Shown: positions 51,365 to 63,621 of the stretch, one piece after another | How positions within the stretch are numbered: the first letter of the stretch is position 1 | Layout of the letters: every line of letters starts with the position of its first letter | Source: Chiloscyllium plagiosum | Lineage: Eukaryota | DNA: 64,000 nt | Assembly: GCF_004010195.1 (NCBI RefSeq) | Contig: NC_057740.1 | Span: 34,804,799-34,868,798, forward strand | Direction of reading: 5' to 3' | Translations under genes and position numbers: made by a program | The notes under the pieces: generated by a model | The model's input: only the letters and a program-made list of their open reading frames with translations | Database searches by the model: none | What the model was told of the DNA's origin: nothing

Positions 51365-51640
51365 TTGTGGCACAGTGGTTAGCACTGCTGTCTCACTGCA
51401 TCCAAGGACCTAGGTTTGATTCCAGCCTTGGGTGACTGTCTCTGTGGAGTTTGCACGTTCTCCCTGTGTATGTGTGGGTTTCCTTCCACAGTATTATGAT
51501 GTGCACATTAGGTGGGTTGGCCAAGTGAAAGAGTCCAGGGATATACAGGCTCAGTGGGTTACCCCATGCTAAATGTGGGGATAGGGTGATATGCAGACTC
51601 AATGTGCTTAATGGCCCTTTTCTGCACTTTTGGGATTCTG
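51365..51640 (+). mobile_element. HE1-like SINE
   Basis: GTGGCACAGTGGTTAGCACTGCTG head. Confidence 0.8.
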
Positions 51641-51667
51641 TGCTGAATGAACAGCAAAATATTCTTA

Positions 51668-52098
51668 TTGATATATAGAGCTGTGCAGCACAGAAACAGA
51701 CCCTTCGGTCCAAGTCGTCCATGCTGACCAGATATCCTAAATTAATCTAGTCCCATTTGCCAGCACTTTGCCCAAATCCCTCTAAAGCCTTCCTGTTTAT
51801 ATACCTATCCAGATGCCTTTTAAATGCTGTCTCCACCACTTCCTCTAGCAGCTCATTCCATACACACACCACCCTCTGCATGAAAAAGTTACCCTTAAGT
51901 CTCTTTTATATCTTTCCCCTCTCACCCTAAACCTATGTCCTCTGGTTCTGGACTCTCCCACCCCAGGGAAAAGACCTTGCCCATTTACCTTATCCATGCC
52001 CCTGATGATTTTGTAAACCTCTATAAGGTCGCCCCTCAGCCTCTGTCGCTCCAGGGAAAACAGCCCCAGCCTTTTCAGCCACTCCCTATAACTCAAAT
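51668..52098 (-). mobile_element. CR1 3' fragment
   Basis: LGLFSLERQRLRGDLIEVYKII. Confidence 0.9.
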
Positions 52099-52784
52099 AC
52101 ATTTGTCAGAGCCAATATTTTTTATACCCTTCTCCACACAAGCCCTATACCATCAGAGCCAATTAAACTGGTCCTTGACATGGATGAGATCTTGCTGTGT
52201 AAGAAAAAAGCCATTTATGCCACTTTAAAATAACTCATTTGTCTGTGATGATTTTGGTATGCTGTTATACAAAAGATAAATCTTTCTTTCTATTTATGAC
52301 AGCCCCCTTCCTTAACTTCTACAGGCAAATGGCAAAGGTTAAAGGACCTAAGGCTGGAAAGGAGTTAAAACTGCCAACAGGCTGAGGACTGTCAGGTGGT
52401 GGGATCTTAGCTTGCAGCCAGCGAGAGTGCATGTTACCAGACAGCGATGAGTTCATTACTAATTAGCAGGCACCATTATGGCCAGTCCGCCTGTCAGAGG
52501 TCACCAGGCTAATGACTAAATGGAGCTCCTGCTGCAGGGAGAGGGCTTGGCTTGTCTTTGTTTACAAACGTCTTGTCTTGAATGCCTCTCAATTACTATA
52601 CTCTAAATATGTCGGGAAATTAGCTGCTAAATAGCAAGAAAAATTGAATGGCGGCTCTGACCAGTCGCCCTTTGGCCTATACCTGAATCCTCCCTGGCTC
52701 AACTGCCCCTTCCTCAACTCTGCTGACAGGCAAGTGTTATCTTAGGCCCTGGTTTGTCTTATTGCTGCTAACCAGATGAAGCCT

Positions 52785-52917
52785 GATGGGAAGGGTTTAA
52801 GGGGATATGGACCAAATGCTGGCAAATCAGACTAGATTAATTTAAGATATCTGGTTGGCATGGACAAGTTGGAACGAAGGGTCTGTTTCCTTGCTGTACA
52901 TCTCTATGACTCTATGT
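52785..52917 (+). mobile_element. CR1 3' UTR tail
   Basis: CGAAGGGTCTGTTTCC..CTCTATGACTCTATG. Confidence 0.8.
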
Positions 52918-53084
52918 CTGTACCTGAGCCACACACCTTCATTTCTCATCTCTTGTGCAACTCCATTTTAATCCCTTCACCATTGGATGGCCAATATCTT
53001 CATCTCCCTGGGGCCAATGATCTCCCTAAACCTTTCTCTTCCCTTGTAGGGTAGCTTGTGAGTCATTGATATGTGCCATTTCTC

Positions 53085-53435
53085 TGTGGGTTTAACTTCA
53101 TCTCCAGGATTGAAGGCACTAAATTCAAATTGATGCCCCAGTCGGATACGGAGGGGGTGCTACACTATCAGAGGTGCTGTCTTTTGATTGAGGTGTTAAA
53201 CAATCCAGCCTTGCATTCCCTCTCAGATGGATGTCTAAGATCAAAGTGCAGTGGGAGAGTTATCTCCAGTGCTCTGACCAATCCTTATTCCCCAGTCAAC
53301 ATCACAAATACAGATTATCTTGTCGTCATTGCATTTCTCCTTGTGGGAGCTTGCTGTGCACAAATCAGCTACTGAATTTCCTGCAATAAACAGTGGCTAC
53401 ACTTGAAAGGTATTTCATTGGTCGTAAAGAGCTTT
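53085..53435 (+). mobile_element. Deu-type SINE
   Basis: TGTGGGAGCTTGCTGTGCACAAAT core. Confidence 0.6.
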
Positions 53436-55004
53436 CTCACCCCACCAAGCCAATTGCTTATTTGGACTTGATACAGATTATAATGGCCAATCCATGAACG
53501 GGGACTAGAGTCAAGACAAGATTGGGGAAAGTAGGCTACAGCAGTATGCGCAGGGACAGAGTAAGGATATCCAGCTCACTGGGTCATTTGTGCTACACTT
53601 TATTGCAATTGCTGATCATGGGGACATGTGCATGCAGTGTGGCTTCAAAGCTGTGTTTGATTCGTGACCATGGCAGAATTTTATATCCCAGCAGGTGGCG
53701 CATTTGGAGGAGGGAAGGGCACATGGTGATGTGGGATATGGTGTAGCCAAGGCCTGTAGTCTTCTTGCCTCTGTCAGAATGAGGCTCTGGGCAGGAAAGT
53801 CCATGGTCAACCTTGCTGCCCCATCATCATTCACCAATTATAGACAACCTAAGGCCCTCAGCCTACTGCCACTGGGAATTTTTAGAAAATCACTCATAAG
53901 ATGTGGGCACCACTGGCTGGATCGTCATTTATTGCCCATCCCTAGTTACCCTTGAGAGGGTGGTGAGCTGCCTTCTTGAACCACTACAATCCACGTGCTA
54001 TAGGTTGACCTACAGTGCTGTTAGGAAGGGAGTTCCAGGATTTTAACCCAGCGGCATCAAGGGAATGGTGGTATATTTGTAAGTCTGGCTGGTGAGTGGT
54101 GTAGCGGAGAGTTTGCAGGTGGTGTTTTTCCATGTATCTACCGTACATTTCCTTCCAGACGGTCTTGTGTTTGGAAGACGCTGCCTAAAGAGTCACAATG
54201 AATTAACCAGCTGAAAGAGGAACTATCGCCATGTAGCATGTCCACCAGCTCAACCTGTGCAGGCAGATTGTTGCCTGGGGTGGGGTCATGGTCCATCGAT
54301 CAATAGCATTCAGTATCTGATTGAGAGACTGGACTTGATACAAGGGTGACTGCTCAGAGCCAGTCCCTGTGCTTGCCTTTGAAGCTCATACCCTCTTTCC
54401 CCATGACTCCAGAAATCTCACCTCCCACACAGCTTCCATGAGTCCTGTGGCCTCTCCCATTCTGGGACTCAAGATGAAATGCCATCCTGCCACCAGTCAC
54501 AGCCTATTCCTTGACACTACTGAGGCCAAAACCCAATGGCCTCTGATTAACCAACAACTCTAGCTGGGGTGAGACAGCGGCCTTCAGGTCTTGATGCATG
54601 GTGAGGACTCATTGTTGGCTACATCATTGCCTGAATTGGCCTGTGATTGGATGGGCCTTTCCTATATCCAGCTCTCTTGGTGTCCAGATGGCAGGTGAGA
54701 CCCCTGCTGGCTCAACAAGATTCCGCACCCATTCGGCGGATTGTCATTTAAAGATGCCCCTTCGTTCCCTGCATACTCTCAATCTTTGACTCTCCACACA
54801 ACTCCTCCAACCACCACCACCACTATCCCCCCCTTCACCCTTGTTCCCCACTGCAGAGAACACAAAGTCACTTAACCACTGACAACCAGGGCTGAAGCTG
54901 CCTTAGAAACCACGCCTCACCCTCTGGAGGTTCCAGCACTCTATCAGGCATCACCAAAATCATGGTTGCCATTACCAACAGTATGGTCAGGGTAAAAATG
55001 TCAC

Positions 55005-55867
55005 TTGGGGAAGAAAAACACCTTTGACCACAAGTCCATCAGGAAGTGGTCAGCACGTAGTGTCCTTGAGACCCTTCGGGAAAAGGAGAGGGCGGATCCT
55101 ATCGAGCGGTTCCCTGAGCAGACTGTCAAAGCCATTTGGCAGAAAGCCTCATCGCCAGAACTTTCCAACAAGCACCAAGACATGGCTTGGCTGGTGGTGA
55201 GAAGGGCACTGCCTGTGAGATCCTTTATGCACGCCCGGACTCTCTGCCGCACCGCACGCTGCCCTCGAAGCGGCTGCGGGGGGGGGACGAGACTGTCACC
55301 CACCTCCTTCTGGAATGTGCCTACGCAGAAGAATTCTGGAGAGGAATGCAGTGGTGTTTGTCGAGGTTCGTCCCGAGCAGCTCCATGACGCGGGACTCTG
55401 TGCTCTACGGCCTGTTCCCTGGGAGGCACACCGAGACGAACATCAACTGTGCCTGGAGGATCATCAACTCAGTGAAGGACGCTCTCTGGGCGGTCCGAAA
55501 ATTGCTGATCTTCCAGCTGAAGGAGTTGACCCCGACTGAATGTTGCAGACTGGCACATTCCAAGGTTTAGGACTATGTGTTGAGGGATACGCTGAAGCTT
55601 GGGGCAGCTGCCACCAAGGCGCGGTGGGGAAAGACCACTGTGTAAAGTCTGCCTGCCTAATGAAGAACAGGGGACCCATGCAGTCATTTGGGCTCTGCTG
55701 ACGCCTCAGCGAATTATATGGGCATATGATTGAAAAATGTACATACCTGTATAAAAATGATAAATTCTGATCTCTGTATGTACATGTTTACATATGTATG
55801 GCATGACCAACTGTACAGACCATCAAATTATTTTATGAATAAAGTATATTTTTGAAATAAAAAAAAA
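55005..55867 (+). mobile_element. 5'-truncated Tx1/L1-clade LINE: ORF2 C-terminal zinc knuckle, 3' UTR, poly(A)
   Basis: WLVVRRALPVR..CPRSGCGG/DETVTHLLLEC (CCHC); frameshift in G run 55278-55286; premature TAG at 55568; AATAAA and A tail. Confidence 0.88.
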
Positions 55868-55984
55868 GTAAGAGACTTTACTCGTCAGCCATTTGTTTCA
55901 GATCCTCCTTTACTCATCAAGCAGAATGTTAAATGAGCTCCCATTGTGCCATTGCTTATTTTCGATTACAGCCAAGATGAATTT

Positions 55985-56194
55985 TACCTTCATCCACCTA
56001 TCGCTTTCTCAGCTAACTAACCCATCCTCTTCCCATTTATCTCTCAGCCCCCCAGCCCACAAGTCTCATTCCTGAAGAAGGGCTTATGCCCGAAACATAG
56101 ATTCTCCTGCTCCTCGGATGCTGCCTGACCTGCTGTGCTTTCCCAGCAACACACTCTCGACTCTGGTCTCCATCGTCTGCAGTTGTCACTTTCT
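55985..56194 (+). mobile_element. Penelope-derived element with hammerhead remnant
   Basis: CTGAAGAAGGGCTTATGCCCGAAAC; TSD CCAAG(A/T)TGAATTT at 55972-55984 and 56195-56207. Confidence 0.85.
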
Positions 56195-57124
56195 CCAAGT
56201 TGAATTTCATCCCCAATATACTCGCACAAAGCAGCTAACATTAAAATGGAAAGGCTAAGCCATTTGAAGAATTGTATCATATGCTACTGCACAGAAAAAA
56301 GGGATTTGGCCTCTGGCAGTGTTCAAGCTCCGTACAAGCATTTTCCCATTTTGCTCCATCAAACACCATCAGCAAATCCTTCGATTCCTTTACCTCTCAT
56401 GCAATCAACAGGTTTCACTCAAATTCATCTCAGCCATTCCCCACTTTCATGCCTTCCACATTTTCATTACTGTCTGAGGAAAGAAATATCTCCTGAATTC
56501 CTTACTGGATTTATGAGTGGCTATCTTCATTCAGGACAGTGTAATCTTGTTGGAATGTATTAAGTATTCATGTGTCATAATTGCTCAGTAATATTATGAG
56601 CTATATAAAGTGCACATTTTCTTTAAAGCTCTGGGCAGCTCTTTCCACCCGGCTGGTTGCTAATGTGTAGACAATGATCTATTTTGTCTATCCATGACAA
56701 TGGGAAACGATCACTGGGTCAGTCACAGAAGCTGAATTAAAGCCATATGACTCTGTGGCTCTAATTGCAGGTTTTGGGCTCGAGTTAATCAGGAGTAATA
56801 TGAGTGTATCAATATTTTCCAGTGAAGCACTTAATTCATCTCTGCAATTAACAGAGGAGGGTTACAGTAACATCATATTCAAATCCATCTCCAGGCCACA
56901 TTAAGTGTACTCCAGCAACGGTGAAGTATCAGCTTTCCTTTCATCATTCTGAACCTGCTCAGGTTATTAAATGCCACCTATCAAATTCTTGGTGCAACAT
57001 GTTAAAACAATGTTCCAGCAATAGTCTAGTATTGCCTTCTCATGCAGATTCATTGGCTGGTAGAGCAGAGAAGGAGGCCATTCAGTATGTCCTGTCTTTG
57101 TCAATACTTCGTCAAAAAGGGGCT

Positions 57125-57533
57125 TAGAGTCATAGAGATATACAGTATGGAAACAAACCTTTCGGTCCAACCCATCCATGCCAACCAGATATCCCAACCC
57201 AATCTCGTCCACCCTGTCAGCACCCGGCCCATATCCCTCCAAACCCTTCCTATTCATATACCTTATCAGATGCCTTTTAAATGTGGCAATTGTACCAGCC
57301 TCCACCACTTCCTCTGGCAGCTCACGTACCACCCTCTGTGTGAAAAAGCTGCCCCTTAGGTCTCTTTTATATCTTTCCCCTCTCACCCTAAACCTATGCC
57401 TTCTAGTTCTGGACTCCCCCACCCCAGGGAAAAGACTTTGTCTATTTATCTTATCCATGCCCCTCATAATTTTATAAACCTCTATAAGGTCACCCCTCAG
57501 CCTCCGACGCTCCGGGGAAACCAGCCCTAGCCT
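57125..57533 (-). mobile_element. CR1 3' fragment
   Basis: MRGMDKINRQSLFPGVGESRTR. Confidence 0.9.
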
Positions 57534-57534
57534 T

Positions 57535-57750
57535 GGTATAACTCAGTGGGCTGGACAGCTGGTTTGCAAAGCAGTATGTTGACAACAGCCTGGTGCAAAC
57601 CCCACACCAACTGAGGATACCATGCAGGATTCTCCTTCAAAATCTCTCCCCTTGCCTAAGTATGGTGTCCCTCAGGTTAAAGCATCAGTAGTCATCTTGC
57701 TAATGAGAGAGTAGCCCTATGATTTATTAAGACTATGGTGACTTGACTTT
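57535..57750 (+). mobile_element. tRNA-derived SINE family 2
   Basis: Head TAACTCAGTGGGCTGG; tail GACTATGGTGACTT. Confidence 0.65.
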
Positions 57751-57819
57751 GTGAAATGTACCTCTGTTCCTGTATACTTTGAATTGTTTCATTATCCCAG
57801 AGAAGTGTAAGGCGATGCA

Positions 57820-58625
57820 CTTTGCGTTCCTCCTCCACTCCCAACACCTCCCTGCAGCCATTCCTGATGAAGGACTTATGTCTGAAATGTGACTCTCCTG
57901 CTCCTCGGATGCTGCCTGACCTGCTGTGCTTTTCCAGTACCACTCTTTTTGACTCCACCTCCCTGCTGCCCCAAAGCACCTACCTATGCAGTCACAGAAG
58001 GTATAACACCTGCCCATTTACTTCCTCCCTCCTCACTATCCAAGCGTCCAGGTACACCTTCCAGATGAAGCAGTGGTTTACCTGCACTTCACTTAATGTA
58101 ATCTACTGTATTAGCTGCTCACAATGTGATCTACTCTACACTGGGGAGACAAAATGTCGACTAGGTGACCGCTTTGCAGAACACCTACCTTTTGTTGACA
58201 AAAATGACTCTGAGCTTCCTGTCACTTTAACACACCATCCAATGTTCCCTGGCCAACATCTCCGTCATAGTGCCCCAGTGAAGTTCAGTACAAGCTGGAA
58301 GAAGAGTATCTCATTTTCTACTTGGGGACTCTGCAGTCCTCGGAACTCAATATCACGTTCAACAATTTCGGGGCCTCAGCACCTTCTCCCACGTCCTTTC
58401 TCCAAATTAGCAGCTGTTGATTCCTCCAGGCTGACCGTTACCAATTCCTTTGTCTATCCAACTGTTATTCTCTCTCTAGGCTACACACACACACCCCAAT
58501 CCTAGCTTTTCCTAGCTATAATCAGTTCTGAACAAGGGTCACTGGATTCAAAATGTGAACTCAGTTTTTGCTCCGTAAATGCTGCCAGACCTGCGAAGTA
58601 CTCCCAGCAATCTCAGTTTTTGTTC
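57820..58625 (+). mobile_element. Neptune-type Penelope element: GIY-YIG endonuclease fragment and 3' end, with a nested short element (57860-57955)
   Basis: FTCTSLNVIYCISCSQCDLLYTGETKCRLGDRFAEHL; nested insert has TSD CACCTCCCTGC(A/T)GCC; eroded hammerhead at 58524-58561. Confidence 0.85.
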
Positions 58626-59942
58626 ATTATTTGTAGAATGCTTGGGGTGCACAGTGAACGGTGCTATATCAATGTAATTGTCTTTCCATTTGTGTCTTGT
58701 GCAATGACACATGTTGACACTTAACCTCATTCTTCACGATTCATATTCAAAATCCAACACTGTGTCAATTATCTCGGGCTGTGCCCCAAGATGATTGAGA
58801 GGTCAGCCTAGAGGGTCAATCAGTGCATGACAACAGGAAATCTAAAAAAGACCAAGGAAGAATTAAATATAAAGTGTGCATTAAAATGGCTATTAAAACC
58901 ATGTCCCTGACATTACTCCAATGTTTGTAGCCATGCATATTTCAGTGTGTACCAAAAAATGTAGCCTTTAGTTCAAAAAGTCAATCTGATCACTCATTCC
59001 TTTTGGGTAATGTTGTCAACTTACCAGTTCCCAATTGCAACCCTCTCATGGTTATTGGTGCTGTAATGTCTGCAGCTGTGGAGACTTGAATGCATTTGGC
59101 TGCCCTTTTTTCTACCCTCCTCTGGCCGACCCAGAAGATTGCTTTTGAGAGCTAAGAGGCTTCCAGTTCAGACCCTATCTCCTGCAAATGATAAATTTGG
59201 TTCCTTTGGCACAGGCTGCTGAATCCTGGATACCGAACTGCTGTTGTATATTAAACAGTTGGCTTAAATTAACAGAATCGTTTAAATGATTTTAAGTTGA
59301 TTGCTGCAGTCATTGGACATAGATGTTTCCTATTACTTGGCATACTATACAACATACACTGAGCACGAAAGAATGAGTTCTGAGTGACTTATGCAGGTTG
59401 GGTGACAATAAACTTTACCAGAATTTTTAAAATCTGCATGTGTCAATAAATCTAGATGTAGGCATTAATGGTAAGGCCAGCAATTGTTGCTCATCCCTCT
59501 AATTGCCTTTGAACTTAGTGCCATTTGAAAGGGTAGTTACATGTCAATCATGTTTCTGAGGGGTTGGAGTCACATGTAGGTCCTGACCTAAAACCCCTAC
59601 AACCTGAGATTCACTCAGCCATCTTTACCTTGTGCTGGATCCAGCTATTATTCTGTTATTTTCAGAGGGCCTAAAATGACTGCAACGTGGCTGCTTTTAG
59701 CAAAAATAGTCCCCTGCCTCATTTCTTAAAATGCTGACTGATTCATCATTTTATGAACAGTGATTCTCTGCAGGTTAACAGCCTGGAGTAGGTTTATTAC
59801 AGAGGACAGCTTGAGGACTTGATTCAGCTCCCTGTTTCCAGAAAAGGGAGCTTGGCACTGACTGAAGATTATCAGAGTATTTCCCTTCAGAGAGAGCCAT
59901 GAACAGGGATCGATTCCCTTAGAACAGGTGCAACCACACATG

Positions 59943-60074
59943 TGCCCATTTCTGATGAATGGCTTTTGCCTGAAACGTTGATTTTCCTGCTCCTCAGATG
60001 CTGCCTGACGTGCTGAGTATTTTCAGCACCACACTCTCGACTTTAATCTCCAGCAACTGCAGTCCTCACTTCCA
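59943..60074 (+). mobile_element. Penelope-derived short element with 12-bp TSD
   Basis: TSD CAACCACACATG at 59931-59942 and 60075-60086; CTGATGAA..GAAACGTT. Confidence 0.85.
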
Positions 60075-60534
60075 CAACCACACATGGGTTCACAGCAGCC
60101 ATTTTTTTGCATTGAGAACAAACATTCTATGTTATAACAATTGGTAATAGCTTCATGGTTGCTACTACTGTGACTAGCTATCAATTGCAGATTTTATTAA
60201 ATGAATTTAAATTCCACCAGCTGCCTCAGTGGGATTTTGGACCTATGTTCCCAACTCATTAGGCTGGATCTCCTGATTACTGATCCAGTCACTTCACCAT
60301 CATCTCCCCAGCTTGCTGGTCCCTGATTGAGAAGCCCAGTGATAACTAACTTCCAGACTTGGATTGCTTCAATGACAAGCTTTCTGACTATATGTAGGCA
60401 GCCATCTCAATGCTGAGGTCTTGGTAAAACAAACCATTCAGGACAACAGCTCATGCAACTTAGCATCTTTAATTTTCTTTATTTAGCCAATGGAAGTCTC
60501 CAAAGCAGAGTGTATGGCCATCATGTTTGCTGAG

Positions 60535-60727
60535 GTCAAGCTGGTGGAGGCTAGTAAAATTGTAACATTCAAAAGGCACCTGGATGGGCATGTGAATAGG
60601 AAGGGTTTGGAGGGATATGGGCCGAGTGCTGGCAGGTGAGACTAGATTTGGTTAGGATATCTGGTCAACATAGACAAGTTTGACCGAAGGGTCTGTTTCT
60701 GTGCTGTACATCTCTATGACTCTATGA
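60535..60727 (+). mobile_element. CR1 3' end
   Basis: TFKRHLDGH; CTCTATGACTCTATGA tail. Confidence 0.85.
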
Positions 60728-60984
60728 TGAGTCCACCACTTATTCTGTTATGGAGATGGTCTTCAGTAATGTGCAGCATTGTATGTCTCTCCCAATCTCC
60801 TTTGGGCGATCAGAAATAGTGAAGGGTGCTGTACGAATGGAATGTTTTTACTAACACCCCTTGGTTTTCTATAGGACACAGCAGTCGGCCGCCCAACCTT
60901 CTTTTATGGAAATTTTTCCTGCTAATGAATGCGTTCTTTACCCTAGCACCTGGAAGGAAACAGAGAAAAGAATTGTGCCTGAGA

Positions 60985-61585
60985 AAAGAAAAACTTGCAT
61001 TTGTACGGTACCTTTTGCAAGAATGTCACAAAACATATTGGAGCCAATGACGTACTTTGAAGTATGCTCACTGTTGTTACATATAAAATGAGGCAGTCAA
61101 TTTGTACACAGCAAGCTCCCACAAACAGCAAAATGGACTTATGGCCAGAGAATCTGGTTGCTTTTAGTGATGTTGAGTGAGGGATAAATGTTAACTGGAA
61201 CACTGGGATAACTCACTGCTGTTCTTCAAAATGATGATTCTGGGTCTTTTACATTCACCCAGGGCACTTCATTTTATCATATAAGCCCTGAAGAAGGGCT
61301 TATGCCTGAAACGCCGATTCTCCTGCTCCTTGGATGCTGCCTGACCTGCTGCGCTTTTCCAGCAACACATTTTCAACTCTGATCTCCAGCATCTGCAGTC
61401 CTCACTTTCTCCACTTCATTTTATCAATTCATCCAAAATTGGCATCTCCAACAGTGCAGCATTCTCTCAGTAATTCTACTGGTGTATCAGCTGAAGTGCT
61501 GCTCTTGTCCCTGGAGTGAGGCTTGAACCCATAACCTTCTGACTCTGAATCAAGAGTGCTACTAACCAAGCAATCGCTCACTGAA
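60985..61585 (-). mobile_element. Deu-type SINE interrupted by a Penelope-derived element (61280-61411)
   Basis: TSD CACTTCATTTTATCA at 61265-61279 and 61412-61426. Confidence 0.8.
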
Positions 61586-61594
61586 CCAAAAAAC

Positions 61595-61950
61595 AATGGA
61601 AGAACTGCAGGTGCTGGAAATGAGAAATTAAGGCAGAAATTGGTGGAAAAATTCAGCAGGTCCGGGAGAACCTGTGGCGAGAAAGTAGAGTTGACATTTT
61701 AGGTCCAGTGATTCTTCTTCAGAACTAATGGTAGCTAGGAAAAGGATAGTTTTTATGCAGAAGGTGGGCTGGGGGGAGGGGAGGGGAGGGGAGGGTGAAC
61801 AATAGATAGAGGGAGAGCCCAAAGAGAAAGAACAACAGTTGGACAGACAAAGGAGCGGGTAAAGTCAGCCTGGGAGAATGAATAAACTGATAGGGACTAT
61901 TAGTAGGTGACAATGGGTTGTGTGTGGTAGCATGTGATGATAAGGCCCGA
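61595..61950 (-). mobile_element. Neptune-type Penelope 3' end
   Basis: Antisense AGTTCTGAAGAAGAATCACTGGACCTAAAATGTCAACT; matches 58440-58625. Confidence 0.7.
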
Positions 61951-62909
61951 AAGTCTACCTAAAATGGCTCCTTAAAGTCTCGAATGACACTTGTGGGTTA
62001 CTTGAAAGGGACCCATTTGAGACCACTGTGCCTTCTCAGTTTGAGAAGGAAAGTTACAGATAGAAGGGGTGTTTGGCTTAGGGATGGGTGGAAGTGTAGA
62101 GGAGAGTGAGAGTGAAATCTTACCTTTAAAACCAGTAATAATAGTAATTGTGGAAAGATTTACTCAATGGATTAACACATCATTAGCTGGACAGGTGAAT
62201 ATGAATTCTGAGGGCAAGAAAATAATTAAAATTTAGAACAATAATTTCACTGTTTGACTTTAGTGTATGGTTACCTCTTTAACTAATTTGATGCTTTATC
62301 GTTCTGCAGTGGGAATGAGAGCTTACAACATCCAATCATATGTCAAGCAACACCTCTTGAGACAAGTGGAACTCAGTACCACAGGGATGGCTTGAATTAA
62401 ATTGTATTGATTAATTTAACGGGTATTTTGGTTTGTTGTATGTTTTAAATTTACCTCTGAGAAATGCAGAGATGATATTAGTTCCAAGTATTAAGTTTAG
62501 ATTGAATTGCTGTTTCTCTTATTTATCTGATTTACCTCAGAGGAGGAAACAGTTTATTTCCAAAACGTCAAACATTTTTAAATGTGACAGAAATTTTTAT
62601 CAGATGCATCTTTTCAGTATCCTGTCGTCTCAGCTTTCTGTGGAGTTAAGCATATGACTCACTGGCTCCATCCATAAGCTTAAGCAATCGAGCAGTGTAC
62701 AAGGATCAATGATCAGACTGGAGTAAACCAAACACGGGTTAAAAACAGACCATTAAAAGTGACATTTGTTTTTTCCTTTTTGGAACCAAAAACTTCATTT
62801 TCACTTAAATTACAAAGATTGTTTCTGTACATTGATGAAATAGACAAGTTGAACTCTTAAGAAATAATTTGACATGTATGTTTGTTGTTTAGAATAGATT
62901 CTATGGTTT

Positions 62910-63564
62910 TTGCAAGGTTTGTGAAGGTTTGTAGCTCAGGTTGAGATTTAGGGTGTAGGTTTGCTCGCTGAGCTGTAGGTTTGATATCCAGATGTTTCAT
63001 TACCTGGCTAGGTGACATCATCAGTGGCGACCTCCAAGTGAAGCGAAGCTGTTGTCTCCTGCTTTCTATTTCGATCTTTCTCCTGGATGGGGTTCCTGGG
63101 GTTTGTGGTGATGTCATTTCCTGTTCGTTTTCTGAGGGGTTGATAGATGGCATCTAGATCTATGTGCTTGTTTGTGGCGCTGTGGTTGGAGTGCCAGGCC
63201 TCTAGGAATTCTCTGGCATGTCTTTGCTTAGCCTGTCCCAGGATAAATGTGGGACTGGGACAACATATCTATCCTGGGACAGGCTAAGCAAAGACATGCT
63301 AGAGAATTCCTAGAGGCCTGGCACTCCAACCACAACGCCATAAACAAACACATAGATCTAGATGCCATCTATCAACCCCTCAGAAAATGAACAGGAAATG
63401 ACATCACCACAAACCCCAGGAACCCCATCCAGGAGAAAGATATAAAGAGAAAGCAGGAGACAACAGCTTCGCTTCACTTGGAGGTCACCACTGATGATGT
63501 TACCTAGCCAGGTAATGAAACGTCTGGATATCAAACCTACAGCTCAGCGAGCAAACCTACACCC
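62910..63564. mobile_element. Penelope/Poseidon-type insertion forming a ~300-bp-arm inverted repeat with 15-bp TSD
   Basis: Plus arm encodes WDWDNISILGQAKQRHAREFLEAWHSNHNAINKHIDLDAIYQPL (GIY-YIG C-terminus); TSD TAGATTCTATGGTTT at 62895-62909 and 63565-63579. Confidence 0.92.
63488..63527 (+). ncRNA. Minimal type I hammerhead ribozyme motif
   Basis: CCA-CUGAUGA-U-GUUACC(UAGCCA)GGUAAU-GAAAC-GUC-UGG; stems I and II pair. Confidence 0.75.
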
Positions 63565-63621
63565 TAGATTCTATGGTTTCTGATTAGATCAACAAACTGT
63601 GATCAACTCGATGAGGTGGAC

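Noticed and set aside
57822-58505. 227-aa ORF as a host gene
   Set aside because: Chimera of a nested short element and a decayed Neptune GIY-YIG fragment that drifts out of frame.
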